Positions 39,052 to 51,101 of a stretch of DNA of 64,000 nt are shown here, in pieces. Origin of the DNA: Hydrolagus affinis (lineage: Eukaryota); assembly GCA_012026655.1 (NCBI GenBank), contig JAAILG010000636.1:1-64000 (forward strand), read 5' to 3'. The notes beneath the pieces were generated by a model. The model searched no databases, was not told the DNA's origin, and saw only the letters and a list, made by a program, of their open reading frames with translations. Every line of letters starts with the position of its first letter. Position 1 is the stretch's first letter. The position numbers were made by a program, and so were the translations under genes.

Positions 39052-41323
39052 CTATTCCTTAAATTAAGAATGTAAGTGTGAAATTGGTTCTAAAATTAGG
39101 CACCATTTAACTTTCTTTTAAAAATCACAAAAATCCTTTAAGTTCTCTTCTACTCCATCGATCACAAAAATATATATATTTCATACGAAAGCATACAATG
39201 AAAACAACAACAACAAAATTACACTTCTGTAGCGCCTTTCATGTCAGAAGGATGTCCCAAGGTGGTGGACAGTCATTGTTTCAGGCCTTCAGGCCAAAAA
39301 GGCCATTCAGCCCATCAAGAATCTTTTGAAGACCACATACAGTTTACTGTAGAATGGATTCTGTCTCACCAATTTGATTTGCTGAGAGGAAGCACACTCA
39401 ATCCAACTCCAAACCCAACTGCTTTTTGGAGTTAATTGACTTAACATTAATACTTTTGCTGATTATTCATTCCATGTACCCATTATTTTGTGGAGGGAAG
39501 CCTTCTAATCTCCAGCTTTCTAATTGATAGTGTTGAGACTTGATAATGTTAAACGTATGATTTGTTCTACACTTACTTTCCAAAGTCAGATGCTCCACTT
39601 ACATTAAAATCTTTTAGTATGTTGAAGACCTTTCATAGTTCTAAGAACTGAAATGGATGATTCTCGTAGTCTTTCCCCCCACCCAAAAGAACAGAATGCA
39701 CCTCTTATTGCAGTCAATTGATTAAGGCTTATTACCATTGTCCTTCTTATTATAGATTTTCATGTTTCTTTATCTGTTTTAAGTGAAATTATTGAAACTA
39801 AACACAATATTCCAAGTATGCATTCACAAATGCTTTCATAGAAAGTTGGAATAACCTATGTGAAATATATCTTTACAGTCAATTACCTTTTCAAGTGCTA
39901 CTGTACAATGTAATAGCATATTAAATATTTGATCAGCTTGTACATTTTTTCTGCTGCAATTTATTTAATTGTGTACAGTACCTTGAAGATATTGTGCGTG
40001 TATAGTTGTTATTATTTTATATCACCCTTTCACCATTTAAACTGTGTTTGAATCTAGCCTGGTATGGTCGGATGAAAGCCCCTTCTCTCTACAAGCCACA
40101 ATGTTTAAATTACACTGTGCTCTTTTCTGTGAATTGCCTTGATATTTATGCTAAGTGCATGGAACAGCATTACATTAAAGAACTCAAGTGGATCAGGTCT
40201 CCACTGACACGAAAGAGCTGATGAGGGCAATTAAGTAAAACTGCTTTGACCATTGAGAACGGTATTTCGAGATAGAATATGATTTTCATAACAAGATTAT
40301 TTCATTTATTTTTACCAAATACTTCTGCAGTTGCAATGACCTGTAATGTACCACAACCAGTCAACACAGAGGATGGTTGATGAATGTTACAGTAATTGAC
40401 TTTAAACCAAGGCACTGAATGCCTGTTCAGGGTGGACATAAAAGATCCCTTACTGACATGTTAGATGCTATCCACTGCCCAATGTATCCTACATACTGAG
40501 TTGCTTTTACTTCTCCAATTTCCCTTCTTGCTAAAGGTGCTATTACTGTAGACCTACTCCTTTTACTTCTTCTACTGGGGTAGCTATGCTCAATAGGAGG
40601 GCTTCAGTACTTCACCATGTGCCCTTTATTCATGTGTCCTTAACCAGGAGTCTTGGCAAAACATTCAATCATGGTAGACATCATAATTGGGACAATCTAA
40701 TTGTGTGTAATGAAGTTGAAATAGGAAAAATATCAATTTATTTTGATGGTTTTGTCAATCGAACACTGTTCTACTGTGATGTATTGTTCCGTGTAACCTA
40801 TAAAGTGAATAATGAGGGAAATGTTATGTGTTGTGTGAGTATGAAATTCCTGAATTGGCAGCATTATTTTCCCCTTACCTAAACATAGGAATATCTTGAG
40901 AACTTCATTAAGCCCAAATAATGTTTTATGAAATGCAGTTGGGTGTGTTAGAAGGATGGCTCACAGCACATTCAATTCCTGTTTCAGTTTCTCAATAATA
41001 ACTGAATAATTCAGTTGATACGATTCAGTGTGGTTTACTGAGTTTACTTTTTGTAAGTATGAACAAAGGATTACTTGGGGCCCAGATAAATCTACAGCTT
41101 TGGCTTAAGTTGTCTATCTCCAAATCACATCTCAGACTACAAGCTCATCTTTTGTGGTAATAAAAACATACACAGAAAACAAGAGTACATTTAGAAAATA
41201 TCAATTGATGCATGTAGACCATTGTATGTATAAAATTGGATTTCTGTCTCATTCCTGACTTCAGCAGATGAACAAAAGGTTTTCAGTGCGCAAAATGTTT
41301 GTCTTAAAGTTCTTAAAACTGCT

Positions 41324-42697
41324 CAGTCTATTTTGCTCTTTGATACTATATGATTAAATGATGTGTGATTTGAAAGCTGCAGAGGAAAGGCAATGCTAAA
41401 AGGCAAAAAACAAGCTCTTATGTTTGATGGGCCCACTTGGTAAGGGATTTCCATATGAAAACTAGAGGCTTATACAACCTGTTTTATTGAAGGTTGTTGG
41501 TGTTGGAAATGAATTTTAACATGCAGTATGACTGATTAAAGGTAGAGGTCTTGCGGTCATCATCCTCTCTAATCGAAACAGGTCCCGCACAACAGTATTT
41601 CAAAGGATCAAAGAAAACCACTGCCTTCAAATCCATCGGTTTCAATGTTAATAGTGGCTTTTGAGTGCTAAATGATGCTTGCACATTCACTTGAGTAAAT
41701 TTCGCACCTCTCATTGACTGAATGGCAACATAGAAATGTAAATTGTAGTCTACCTTTGTTGCTGATTACAGATGGTAAAGTATAGTGATGGTACAATATA
41801 AGTGGCCATATCCTTTAAATCTCAGGTACTCAAATTTTTTTTTAAAAACCTGTTCATTTTCCTCAGTTTGCTAAATGTTTGGATGCAATTTGACTCTAGT
41901 GGATTATACCAAAGTTGGATTGCTTATTTTATTGGAGCATCGCAACAATAACTTATGTTATGAAAAGCTTCAGCATAATTTGTTTTGTGTGTATCACATT
42001 TAGATAGGGATTTGTTACAACAAACCTTGTGATTTGTAAACCTTGTTTTGTAGAATTTTGTAGTACAGTACATGCATAAACCTAAATGTTATGAAAAATC
42101 CCACCAGTTTGGCTCTTCATGTTGTTTTTAGATTGTGGGTCAGCAAATGCAAAACAACAAATTAAACTTGTATAGTGCCCTTCACACCAGAAAGGCGTTC
42201 AAGAGCACTGTACAGGCTGGGGGTTTTGGACAATGGCAACTTGCACATACATAGCCTTATATAGGGTAGCGTTTCAGAGCGAGTAACAGTGGTAGAGCCT
42301 GGACATGAGCGGTGGTGGGGTGGGGATGTTGTGGGGTGACCATATGTTGAAAAAGAAGGTTTTCAGGTGTGACAGTTTAGATGCGTAGTGGTTGAAGGCG
42401 CGATCTCCAATGGTGGCGAGGATGGGACAAGAGGGGAAGAGCAAGGGGCAAGCAGTAGGCCGGTGCCAGTCCAGCATTGGTGCGGGATGGTGGATTGGGG
42501 AGTGAGGAGATCGGAGAGGTTATAAAACAGGTTGCATAAGCCTCTAGTTTTCATATGGAAATCCCTTACCAAGTGGACCCATCATATATAAGAGCTTGTT
42601 TTTTGCCTTTTAGCATTGCCTTTCCTCTGCAGCTTTCAAATCACACATCATTAAATCACACATTTAATCATGTACTATAGAAGAGCAAAATAGACTG
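41324..42697. repeat. Local inverted duplication, arms 41324-41487 and 42522-42697
   Basis: For example gatgtgtgatttgaaagctgcagaggaaaggcaatgctaaaaggcaaaaaacaagctctta is exactly inverted in the right arm; few substitutions and one short indel overall. Confidence 0.93.
42150..42521 (-). mobile_element. 5'-truncated L2 fragment
   Basis: Tail aacaacaaattaaacttgtatagtgcccttcacacc; body ATIGDRAFNHYASKL and LSDLLTP. Confidence 0.8.
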
Positions 42698-45600
42698 GTG
42701 CCAGAGAGTGAAGGGATTTGACCGCGTGTGTGAGGGAGTTGAACACTTGTAGGGATCCTTGTCCACAAATGCAGGAACCATGATTATCAAAGTGTGATCA
42801 TCACATGATCATATTGGATGTCACAATATGTCATATGTATGTTTAATATTCCCATGTATGATGCCCCTAAGACCGAGCACTTATCGTTGGCAACATGCAT
42901 GTAGCACATAGCTACCAGATTTCTTCCCCAGAGAGAGAAACTAACCTCACTAAGAGATGCATTGGTGAAGTGCTTTAATCCTTTTCAATAATACCAAAAT
43001 TCTGGTACTATGTATGTAACTTAAAGGAAACAAGCAAGGAAAACAACAATTGATGCAAAATACAGATGCTAACAACATTCCTGGGCAATTAAGACAGGTA
43101 AAAATACACAACCTAAAATTCCATCTAGATTTGCCCTTTAAGATTTGTTTCTCATAATATTTAAGGTTGCACAGAATTGTAGAGTATTGCATCTAGAATT
43201 TGGCAATTTCTTAAATACAACAACAACAAAATTACCCTTGTATAGTGCCTTTCACGTCGGGAGGACGTCCCGAGTCACTAACCTTAATTTGGGGAATGGT
43301 TTTTTAAGTTCAACAATTTGCAAATTCTGCACTGTGTGAAATGCTACACAAATAAAGTATATAAAGACTCTGTTGGAATTTCTCCCCACATGTAGGCAAA
43401 ATACATCAAAAAAAGGCCCTTTCATTCGAACCAGCAAATAAGTTGAAGCATTACATTTTTAAAATATTTTTCCATTTTGGAGATTTGCCAACAATGGTCT
43501 ATTATTTTCTATTAGCAGTGTCATTCCTTATTCCCCACTGTTGCAGTGCAGTTTTACTAAGAAATAATACACTGTTTTGATAGAGAACATTTGTTTCTAA
43601 ATTCAAAAGATCTATGTTTGCTTTTCATGGAAACATTGACGTCACTGATTTTGGTTTATAGACTGCTACACAATGAGGACATTTGTCTCCAGCACAATGT
43701 TCTTAGTGTTTCACTCAATGAAATACCACTTCTACATTGTGAACAATTTCTATTTGTGCTTTAAATCTGCAAGCTAGCCTGAAGCTGCCTTGTGAAAGTA
43801 TATACAAGAACAGAAAATGTTTTTTTGCGGTTGCGTGCTGTTTCTCATTTCCCGGCTAGTATTGATATCCAGTTGTAAGGATTACTGCTGATTTATTTGA
43901 TAACCATTAATTACAGAGCAGAGAGTGACACCATGTGAAAAACACACATTGGAGGTTACTAAGCAATCTCTGTTTGTGAACAACCTGCTGGAGCCAAAGT
44001 GTCCATCCTCAGTTGCATGTCTCCATGCAGCTCTGGAGTAAATTGAGTATCAAGCAGCAGGCAATTCCATTGAGCATGATTCTGCTTTGAGTAGATTTCA
44101 TGGAGTTTCCCAGTGATGATGCCTCCACTTAAGAGTTCACTCCAAACAGTCTGGAGCTGCCACTGCACAAACAGAAGAGAAAGGAAAGAACTTGTGCATT
44201 ATATTAGTTTATTTTCCTAAATCTAATCCAACTGTTTTTTGTCCATTATCTTTTCCTTATATGGAAGTGAAATGTTTATTCTATATTATGCCTGCATTAA
44301 ACCGTCCACTTGATTGTTTCACTTCTCTAAACAGTCATTTGACCATCGAGCTGCTTACGCATATGTCTGACACACAGCCCTACCATCATTGTGTTTGACT
44401 GCATTAAAAGACAAGCTAAATGTGCATTCACTTATCGGTAAAGTTCTCCTCTCGTAGCTAAATAACTGGATTTACATTTTATTACAATTGTAACTGTTTT
44501 TATGTGAACATTAAATACTCATGACATTTCATCAATGCAAGAATGCTACAAACTCTCTTTTGGCTGAAAACAAGTGCTTGAAATTTGTTCTTTCAAATGA
44601 ATGAGGCGGGTGCAAACTTTTATCATTTTTACATTTCTCGTTGTATAGAGAAAAGATTGGATAATCTTTCATAGATCAGTCAAAGGTCTTAATGTGGAAA
44701 ATAGTCATTTCTATTAAATTCAATTAAAAAGTTAGGTGGGAAGAAAATGCAGGAAATCAGAATGCAAGTCAACAACTTTGGGCCTCAAGTGAATGTGAAT
44801 GTTTATATTTTGCTGGCGTTCAACTTTTCGAGGCAAGCATTGCCTTCCTGTAACTTGATAACCTGCAAATCTTGTCTGGCAGAGTGAGGAACCTTAGTAG
44901 TTTATGCCAGTAAACCTTTGAAATATGGTACACATCTGTATTTTGTTTCATCACTCGAATGGTAGTGCAATGTAATGTGAGGTATAGACTGAAGAGTCAT
45001 TAAAATAACTTCATAACTTGCAACATGTGCTCCATGTCATGAACAGTGTGAGTGAGAGAATCGCACTGAAGTGTTAGGATTCCCACATGTGCTCCACAGT
45101 GAGAATGCGGTGAAGCCATTGCTACTACCTTTATTTGTTTAGCTGGTGTTACACGTTTGTTCTGTCATTGTTGCACTGCAGGTATGTAAACAATACAATT
45201 TACATTTATGTAGCACATTTAATGTCTGGAGGACATCTCGTTTGGATAATAATGGTAGGAGCTTGGCCTATTGCAAAAATTGAATCTCTTTCTGATTCAC
45301 TGCACCTGCTCATTTTACCAGGAACACAATCCAGGCAGCAAGCGAATAAATATTTCGCCCACAAAATATAGTCAATTTTCTTTGCAGTATATTCTGTGAA
45401 GTGCTTTGAGATGTTGTGAAGACATAAGGTGCCACATCAAATGCAAGGATTGTATTGTTAGTTTATATTAGAAATATTATTTATGAATATTGTTTTTAGG
45501 AAATGTTACTGGTCATGGTTGCTAATCGACAGTATGATCACTTACATATGGAAGTGAATTTATTCCCTGCAGATTCAAGTGTAAATGTGAAATCTTGCTG

Positions 45601-46909
45601 ACATGGACATGAGCCAGATATGCTACAAAATCTAGGAATGCTGGTGCAGATGGGAACAATGCCAAATGGAACATGCCTTCCGAAATTTATATTTATATTT
45701 ATTGCGATTGCTGGGCTTCGACGTGACAGATTCTTTTGATTTCTTGACAAACACATGGCGCAAGGATGTGAGCGCTCAATGCATTATTGCGTCACTCACT
45801 CACACAAATAATAAACTGTTCTTCTTCAAACCACTTTGGTGAAAAATGGAGAGTCTTTAAAAAGTTTGTGCCCTCAAAATATGCAACACACTTTATGGTA
45901 AATTCTGTGAAGCACTCTGAGACATCTGGACGACTTGATAAGGCGCTATATCAAATAGAAGGATTATTATAAAGCCGTGTTCCAAGACAGTGACCCGTGT
46001 GAAGGGCACTATTTAAATGCAAGTTATTGTTCTATGTGACTGGTATAGCAGGCCACTGGATGAGGCACTGGTGTTATGCATCAGTACCTAAACTCTTTCT
46101 TGCAATTCTCTATAATAGTGTATTGTTCACTTCAGCTGCCATTTTTAGAGAGGGGGACATCTCTAGCAGGAAAGTGGAAGAGAGTTAGGTGATGGTTCTG
46201 TAGTAGGATGTTTTCAAATTTAAAAAAATCAACAAATGTTACAGTTAACTGAAATTCTACCAGTTCCGGGTTTGTGGTTGCTATATATCTGTGTGTGTTT
46301 GTGTGGTTATGTGGAGGTAACTCATGTTGCATCAGTTGCTGGCATGTCACACATGTTTGTTTAGACATCTAGAGGATGTGAAAAGCGCTATATCAAATGA
46401 AACAATTATTATTGTTAATCCAATAATAATAATCCTTCTAACAGATACAGCATACAATAGAAATGAATGAACAGTTTATCTGGAGAATTGTCGATCCGGC
46501 CACTAGGAGAAACTTCCTTCACTTTTCAAATAACAGTGTTGTTATCAACATGAACAAGCAAACAGTACCTTGATTTTATGTCTAAGACCTTTGACAATGC
46601 AATACCTTTGCAGCTTTAACTCACAACCATCTGAACCAGAAGTGAGAGTTACCAACTGAACATGGTTGTGTGGGTAGTGGTTAGGTTTTACTAATTTTTC
46701 TATGCAAATGTAGAAATGGGCTCGGTTATGAGTTCTCTGTTATGTGAAGGGCTACTGAATTTTGTTCTGCACATATTTGATGCATGTTTTTACTGTGTGA
46801 GTGTTTGTTGTGTGTTAGCATTTGCAGTGTGTTTATGTGAGCTGTCAGTGTTTGTTTGCTGTATATATGTGTGAGTGTATGTTAATGTCAGTGCTAGCTC
46901 GGTGTTTAT

Positions 46910-47212
46910 TCCTGTAGCTCAGTGGTTAGAGCATTCGCCTTGCAAGCAAGAGACCTAGGTTCACTTCCAGGCAGGGCAGAACCTTGGACAAGTTTCCTTA
47001 CTCCACACGCCTGATAATAATCTCTCGAAAAAACCCCAATATGAAATAGGTCATTTCAATCCACGACTGTTTGTGACTGCAGTGCGCAATTGGCTGCCGC
47101 GTTTCGCCCACAAATATGCAGTCAATTCACTTTACAATATATTCTGTGAAGCGCTTTGAGACACTCTAGAACAGGTGAAAAGCCCCATGTCAAATGCAAA
47201 GATTATTATTAT
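46910..47212 (+). mobile_element. Full-length short-form tRNA(Ala-like) SINE
   Basis: A-box tagctcagtggttaga, B-box ggttcacttcc, accttggacaagtttcctta, Deu 3' segment gtgcgcaattggctgccgcgtttc, tail tgtgaagcgctttgagac...caaatgcaaagattattatt. Confidence 0.92.
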
Positions 47213-47214
47213 TT

Positions 47215-47490
47215 GCTTTGTGTGTAATTGCTGTGTGTGAGTGTAGATTTGCTGTGTGTGAACATTGGTGTTTGTGAGTGTGTGTATGTTTACTGTGTGT
47301 GTGTGTGTATACATTTGCTGTTTGTGAGTGAGTGTGTGTGTATACTGAGTGTGTGTGTATACTGTGTGTGTGAGTATATTTGCTGTGTGGGAGTGTGTCT
47401 GTGACTGTGTGTGTGTGTGTCTATATGTATGTGAGTGTCTTTTGTGTGTGTGTGAGTGTCAGTGTGTGAGTCTCTTGTCTGTGTCTCTGT
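47215..47490. repeat. Degenerate (TG)n-rich tract upstream of the DENND1B promoter
   Basis: Interrupted tgtgtgtgtg/tgagtgtg repeats. Confidence 0.9.
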
Positions 47491-47494
47491 CCCA

Positions 47495-47784
47495 CGACCA
47501 GGCAGGTGTTGCCTGAGCCGGTGACGTCAGGCACCTCTGGCCTGACTTCCTGTTGCTGGTGTGAACAGCGGCTGCTGTCGGGTCGGGAGGGCAACAGCAA
47601 CAGGGAGACAGACAGACACACACATAGACACAGACAGAGAGAGAGGGGGCCATGGCTGTGGGTCGGTGAGGCGGGGGGGTGGGACACCCCTGGGCTGACG
47701 CTAGACCCGGAGGAGAGGGAGGAGCCACGGAACAAGTGCGGCCCCAGAGAGTCTGAACGAGGAGCGCAGCGAGATGCCGTAACC
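47495..47784 (+). promoter_or_regulatory. DENND1B: DENND1B promoter/5' UTR (GC-rich) with CRE and ETS motifs
   Basis: Palindromic TGACGTCA at 47522-47529 and ACTTCCTG at 47545-47552 in a CpG-rich stretch directly upstream of the start codon. Confidence 0.75.
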
Positions 47785-47801
47785 ATGGACTGCAGACTCA
47801 A
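47785..47801 (+). CDS. DENND1B: DENND1B (connecdenn 2, Rab35 GEF) coding exon 1
   Basis: accATGGACTGCAGACTCAA|g = MDCRL(K), versus human MDCRTK with a 17-nt first coding exon; donor cut off by the N gap; phase 2 fits exon 2. Confidence 0.88.
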
Positions 47802-47802
47802 G

Positions 47803-47902
47803 NNNNNNNNNNNNNNNNNNNNNNNNNNNNNNNNNNNNNNNNNNNNNNNNNNNNNNNNNNNNNNNNNNNNNNNNNNNNNNNNNNNNNNNNNNNNNNNNNN
47901 NN
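47803..47902. other. Assembly gap (100 N)
   Basis: Run of exactly 100 N, the usual placeholder for an unknown length. Confidence 0.99.
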
Positions 47903-48859
47903 CCCCTGCCCCAAACCCTCCCCACCCCCCTCTCCCCAATTCAATTGGGGAATTTTAAAAGATGTCCATGTGTATTTATATGTTGATGAGGTTGTGTATT
48001 TGGGATTTCCTGTGCCCCTGGTCCTGGCTGCCGTTACATTAATATTAGTATAATATTGTCCCAGCTGTTCACACAGGGACACTCTGATGTGCTAATGTTA
48101 TTTAGGCTAATTCATGTTTTTATTTTTATTGCCCGTGAGTCAGCAATGTACCTTTACAATGAACAGTGTATTTTCTTTTATTTCTTTCATTGTCCTGTCT
48201 GGGCAAAGCGATTCCACCCCTTTTATGGATGATATATACATACATTACATAAAATATATTCCATATACAGTATATATATTCCATATACATATATATGTAT
48301 GTATGTGTGTGTATATACTGTGTGTATATCTATTATATATATATATAGATAGTTCATCAAACCTTGTGATTGGGTGGATCAGGCACTTTACTGACTGCTG
48401 CTACTTTGTGTAGTCCCTGACATTGCCCTTCAGTGAAGTGAACTCAATGTCTCTATTCTTGTTTGGGAAATTTACAACTAAGTTTGGACGGATTTGTTAC
48501 TTTTGATTCGCTTTTGTGAAAAATGACACCTTGTGCAGTGGATACAATTCGTACAAAGTTACTACTGTGGTCAAATACACAGGAGAAGCCTTCAAACTGA
48601 AATACTTCAAACTGTTTTTATTTACTCAGTTAATTGCAACATTGTGTTTTGTACGATCACTACATATTATATAATATGTTAATAATGATATATGTTAGAT
48701 AGTGATAGTTAAGTGTAAATCCACCGAAATGCCAGCTTTGCACATTGGTGCACTGATTTTCTGTGCCTTACAGTGGAATGAGGAAGAAGGATTCTCTACT
48801 GGGTTTCTCATCCTGAAATTCTATTTTCCCCCTGACATTTTTGAAGTGATGATATAACT

Positions 48860-49412
48860 GAGTAAGGGGGAGGGGCAGGGTGGTGGGGGGGAGGGATGGG
48901 AGAGAGCTGCGAGGGTGGCAGAAAGCACGATCGAAGCGGAGGATCTCGAGACTGGCCTTGAAGGAGGCAAAGGAGGAAGCGAGGTGAAGGTACTGTGGGA
49001 TGGAGTTCCAGAGTGTGGGGGCTGAAGAGAGGCTGAAAGCCTGGCTGCCAATGGTAGGGCGGGAGACATGGAGCAGACCGGAGTGCGCTGGACGGGAGGC
49101 GTGGGCATGTTGATAGGGAGTCAGCAGGTCGGAGAGATAGGAGGGGGAGGCAAAGCCGTGGATGGCCTTGAAAGTGAGGAAGAGGATCTTGAATTGAATT
49201 CTGGGGGAAGGGGAGCCAATGGAGCTGGGCGAGGGTGGGAGTGATGGGGTGGCGGAGCTTAGTGCGGGAAAGGACACGAGCTGCAGAGTTCCGGATGATA
49301 TGCAGCTTGTGAAGGGAAGAATGGGAAGGCCGACTAGGAGGGAGTTTCCATAGTCAAGCCTTGATGTGACAAATGCCTGGGTCAGAGGCGTTATACAAAT
49401 GTAATTTGCTGG
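48860..49412 (-). mobile_element. L2 LINE 3' end, relatively young (CpGs retained)
   Basis: PRIQFKILFLTFKAIHGFASPSYLSDLLTPY...PTIGSQAFS..APTLWNSIP in ORF 48768..49277. Confidence 0.92.
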
Positions 49413-50289
49413 AATGATTATTAACCAAAATTAAAAAATAATAATGTCCATCGTTTGGATGAGAGCTATCCTTTGGTTGAGATGTTCAAACTGTTTCGGC
49501 TGCCTTTTCAGGGAAATGTGAAAGATACCCTGGCACCAGATTCCCCTCAAGAAATTCTGCCATGCACGGCAAAACTTAATTGTGCTGCTAGTCGTGTTCA
49601 GATGTTCAATAGTTTTCGTTTAAACTTCAAAGATGAATTTACCTTAAAATGCCTATAGGCTGACGCCAGCACTGAGAAGTTGTTAACACGCCTATCCATC
49701 GATTTTGCTGATGCAGCATTCAAGACAAAATCTCTTGTCCCTGAAATCTCTACCTCAGTTAGGCAGCTGCCCAGTTTGCTGATAGCAAGAGAGGCCCCTG
49801 CATGGCGTTTTTGACAAACGAAAAGGGAGTTTGTCCTGGGCAATAATTTCTCAAATTAGTCATTCACTTTTCATGGCTATTTGTAGGACATTGTTGTGTG
49901 GATTCGCCTAAAATTGGCTATGGCACTTGCCTAAAAATTACACAGTTACTACATTTTAGATAAATGTTAATATGGCAGTGCAAATCTAGATGTTCTGTCA
50001 TAAAAATACGGTGAATTGGTACAATCTTAGTGTTTTTGCTACTATGCAAAGTATAATCACATTCAAATTGCTATTTTTAATGCTGATCCTTCAGAACTGA
50101 TGGTATGGTAGTTTGTATTCAATGATTGCTTATGCAGTAAATCCTTGGTTCACTCTGTTCTGACGAGAGCTGAATGGGGACATGCACTTCCTTCCAAGGA
50201 CATGGTAAATTAATCTAAACTCTTGTTAACTTTATGTTTAAAATGTTAGCTTTACACTGAATGCAGTTAAAGTAGCATGAAGTTACCTG

Positions 50290-50670
50290 CTTGAGTCAGC
50301 CTGGCTCAGTGGTGGAACTCTCGCCTCTGAATCAGAAGGTTATGGATTTAAGCCCCACATTGAACTCAGAATCACATAATCTAAACTGATATTCCATTGC
50401 AGTGCGGAGGGGGGTGTTATCGGAGGTGCTGTCCTTTGGAAGAGACATTAAACCGAGGTTCTGTCTGCCTGTTCAGGTGGGCGTTAAAGATCCCATGGTA
50501 CTATTCAAAAGAGTTTCTCCTGCTGTCCTGGCGAACATTCCCCCAAATAAGATTGGTCACTCACTCCATTGCTGTATGCAAACTGGCTGCTGCATTTTGC
50601 CCACGACACACACAATCAATCCACTTTACAGTATATCCTGTGAAGCTCTTTAAGATATCTTGATGACACA
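50290..50670 (+). mobile_element. DeuSINE, second family, near full length
   Basis: gagtcagcctggctcagtggtggaactctcgcctctgaatcagaagg head; Deu domain ggaggtgctgtcctttggaagagacattaaaccgagg...taaagatcccatgg...gtcctggcgaacatt. Confidence 0.88.
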
Positions 50671-50724
50671 AAAAGATAAATGGTCTCATTCTTGATGCAG
50701 ATTGCAAAAACAACAGTTATTAAT

Positions 50725-50970
50725 TACAACAACAAAATTACGTTTGTATAGTGCCTTTCACATCGGGAGGACGTCTCAAGGTGCAAGACAGTTGTCCCAC
50801 AAACAGCCATTGATTGAAATAACCAATACATTATTGTTTTTTATGAGGGATTATTATCAGCCACGTGGAGTAAGGAAACTTGCCCAAGGTTTCCGCTTGT
50901 CCTATCGGGAATCAAACCCAGGTCTCTCGCTTGTAAGGCGAGTGCTCTAACCACTGAGCTACAGGACTAC
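50725..50970 (-). mobile_element. L2-type tail joined to the 5' part of a short-form SINE
   Basis: acaacaacaaaattacgtttgtatagtgcctttcaca tail, then cccacaaacagcc...gtaaggaaacttgcccaagg...ctctaaccactgagctacagg. Confidence 0.85.
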
Positions 50971-51036
50971 AGGACTGAATTTAAGGATAACTTTATTCAC
51001 AAGATGAATCGAGTTTGTACTTTAATTTCTTAACAG

Positions 51037-51101
51037 AGAAAGCCCAGAGAGGACCTTTGATCTCATCTTCAAGGTGACTTGCCCAGCTTCTGAAAATGAA
51101 G
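51037..51101 (+). CDS. DENND1B: DENND1B coding exon 2
   Basis: tttcttaacag|A...GAAG|gtattg; 65 nt; (K)ESPERTFDLIFKVTCPASENE versus recalled human KANPDRTFDLVLKVKCHASENED. Confidence 0.95.

Noticed and set aside
46910-46980. tRNA-Ala-like sequence (also at 30540-30612, 50900-50970 and others)
   Set aside because: SINE heads: no proper acceptor stem, and they continue directly into SINE body and tail.
47421-48082. Long ORFs spanning the N run
   Set aside because: Artefacts of translating through the gap and low-complexity sequence; only MDCRLK is real.
48768-49277. 169-aa ORF in DENND1B intron 1
   Set aside because: Remnant of the L2 ORF2 C-terminus, not a host gene.
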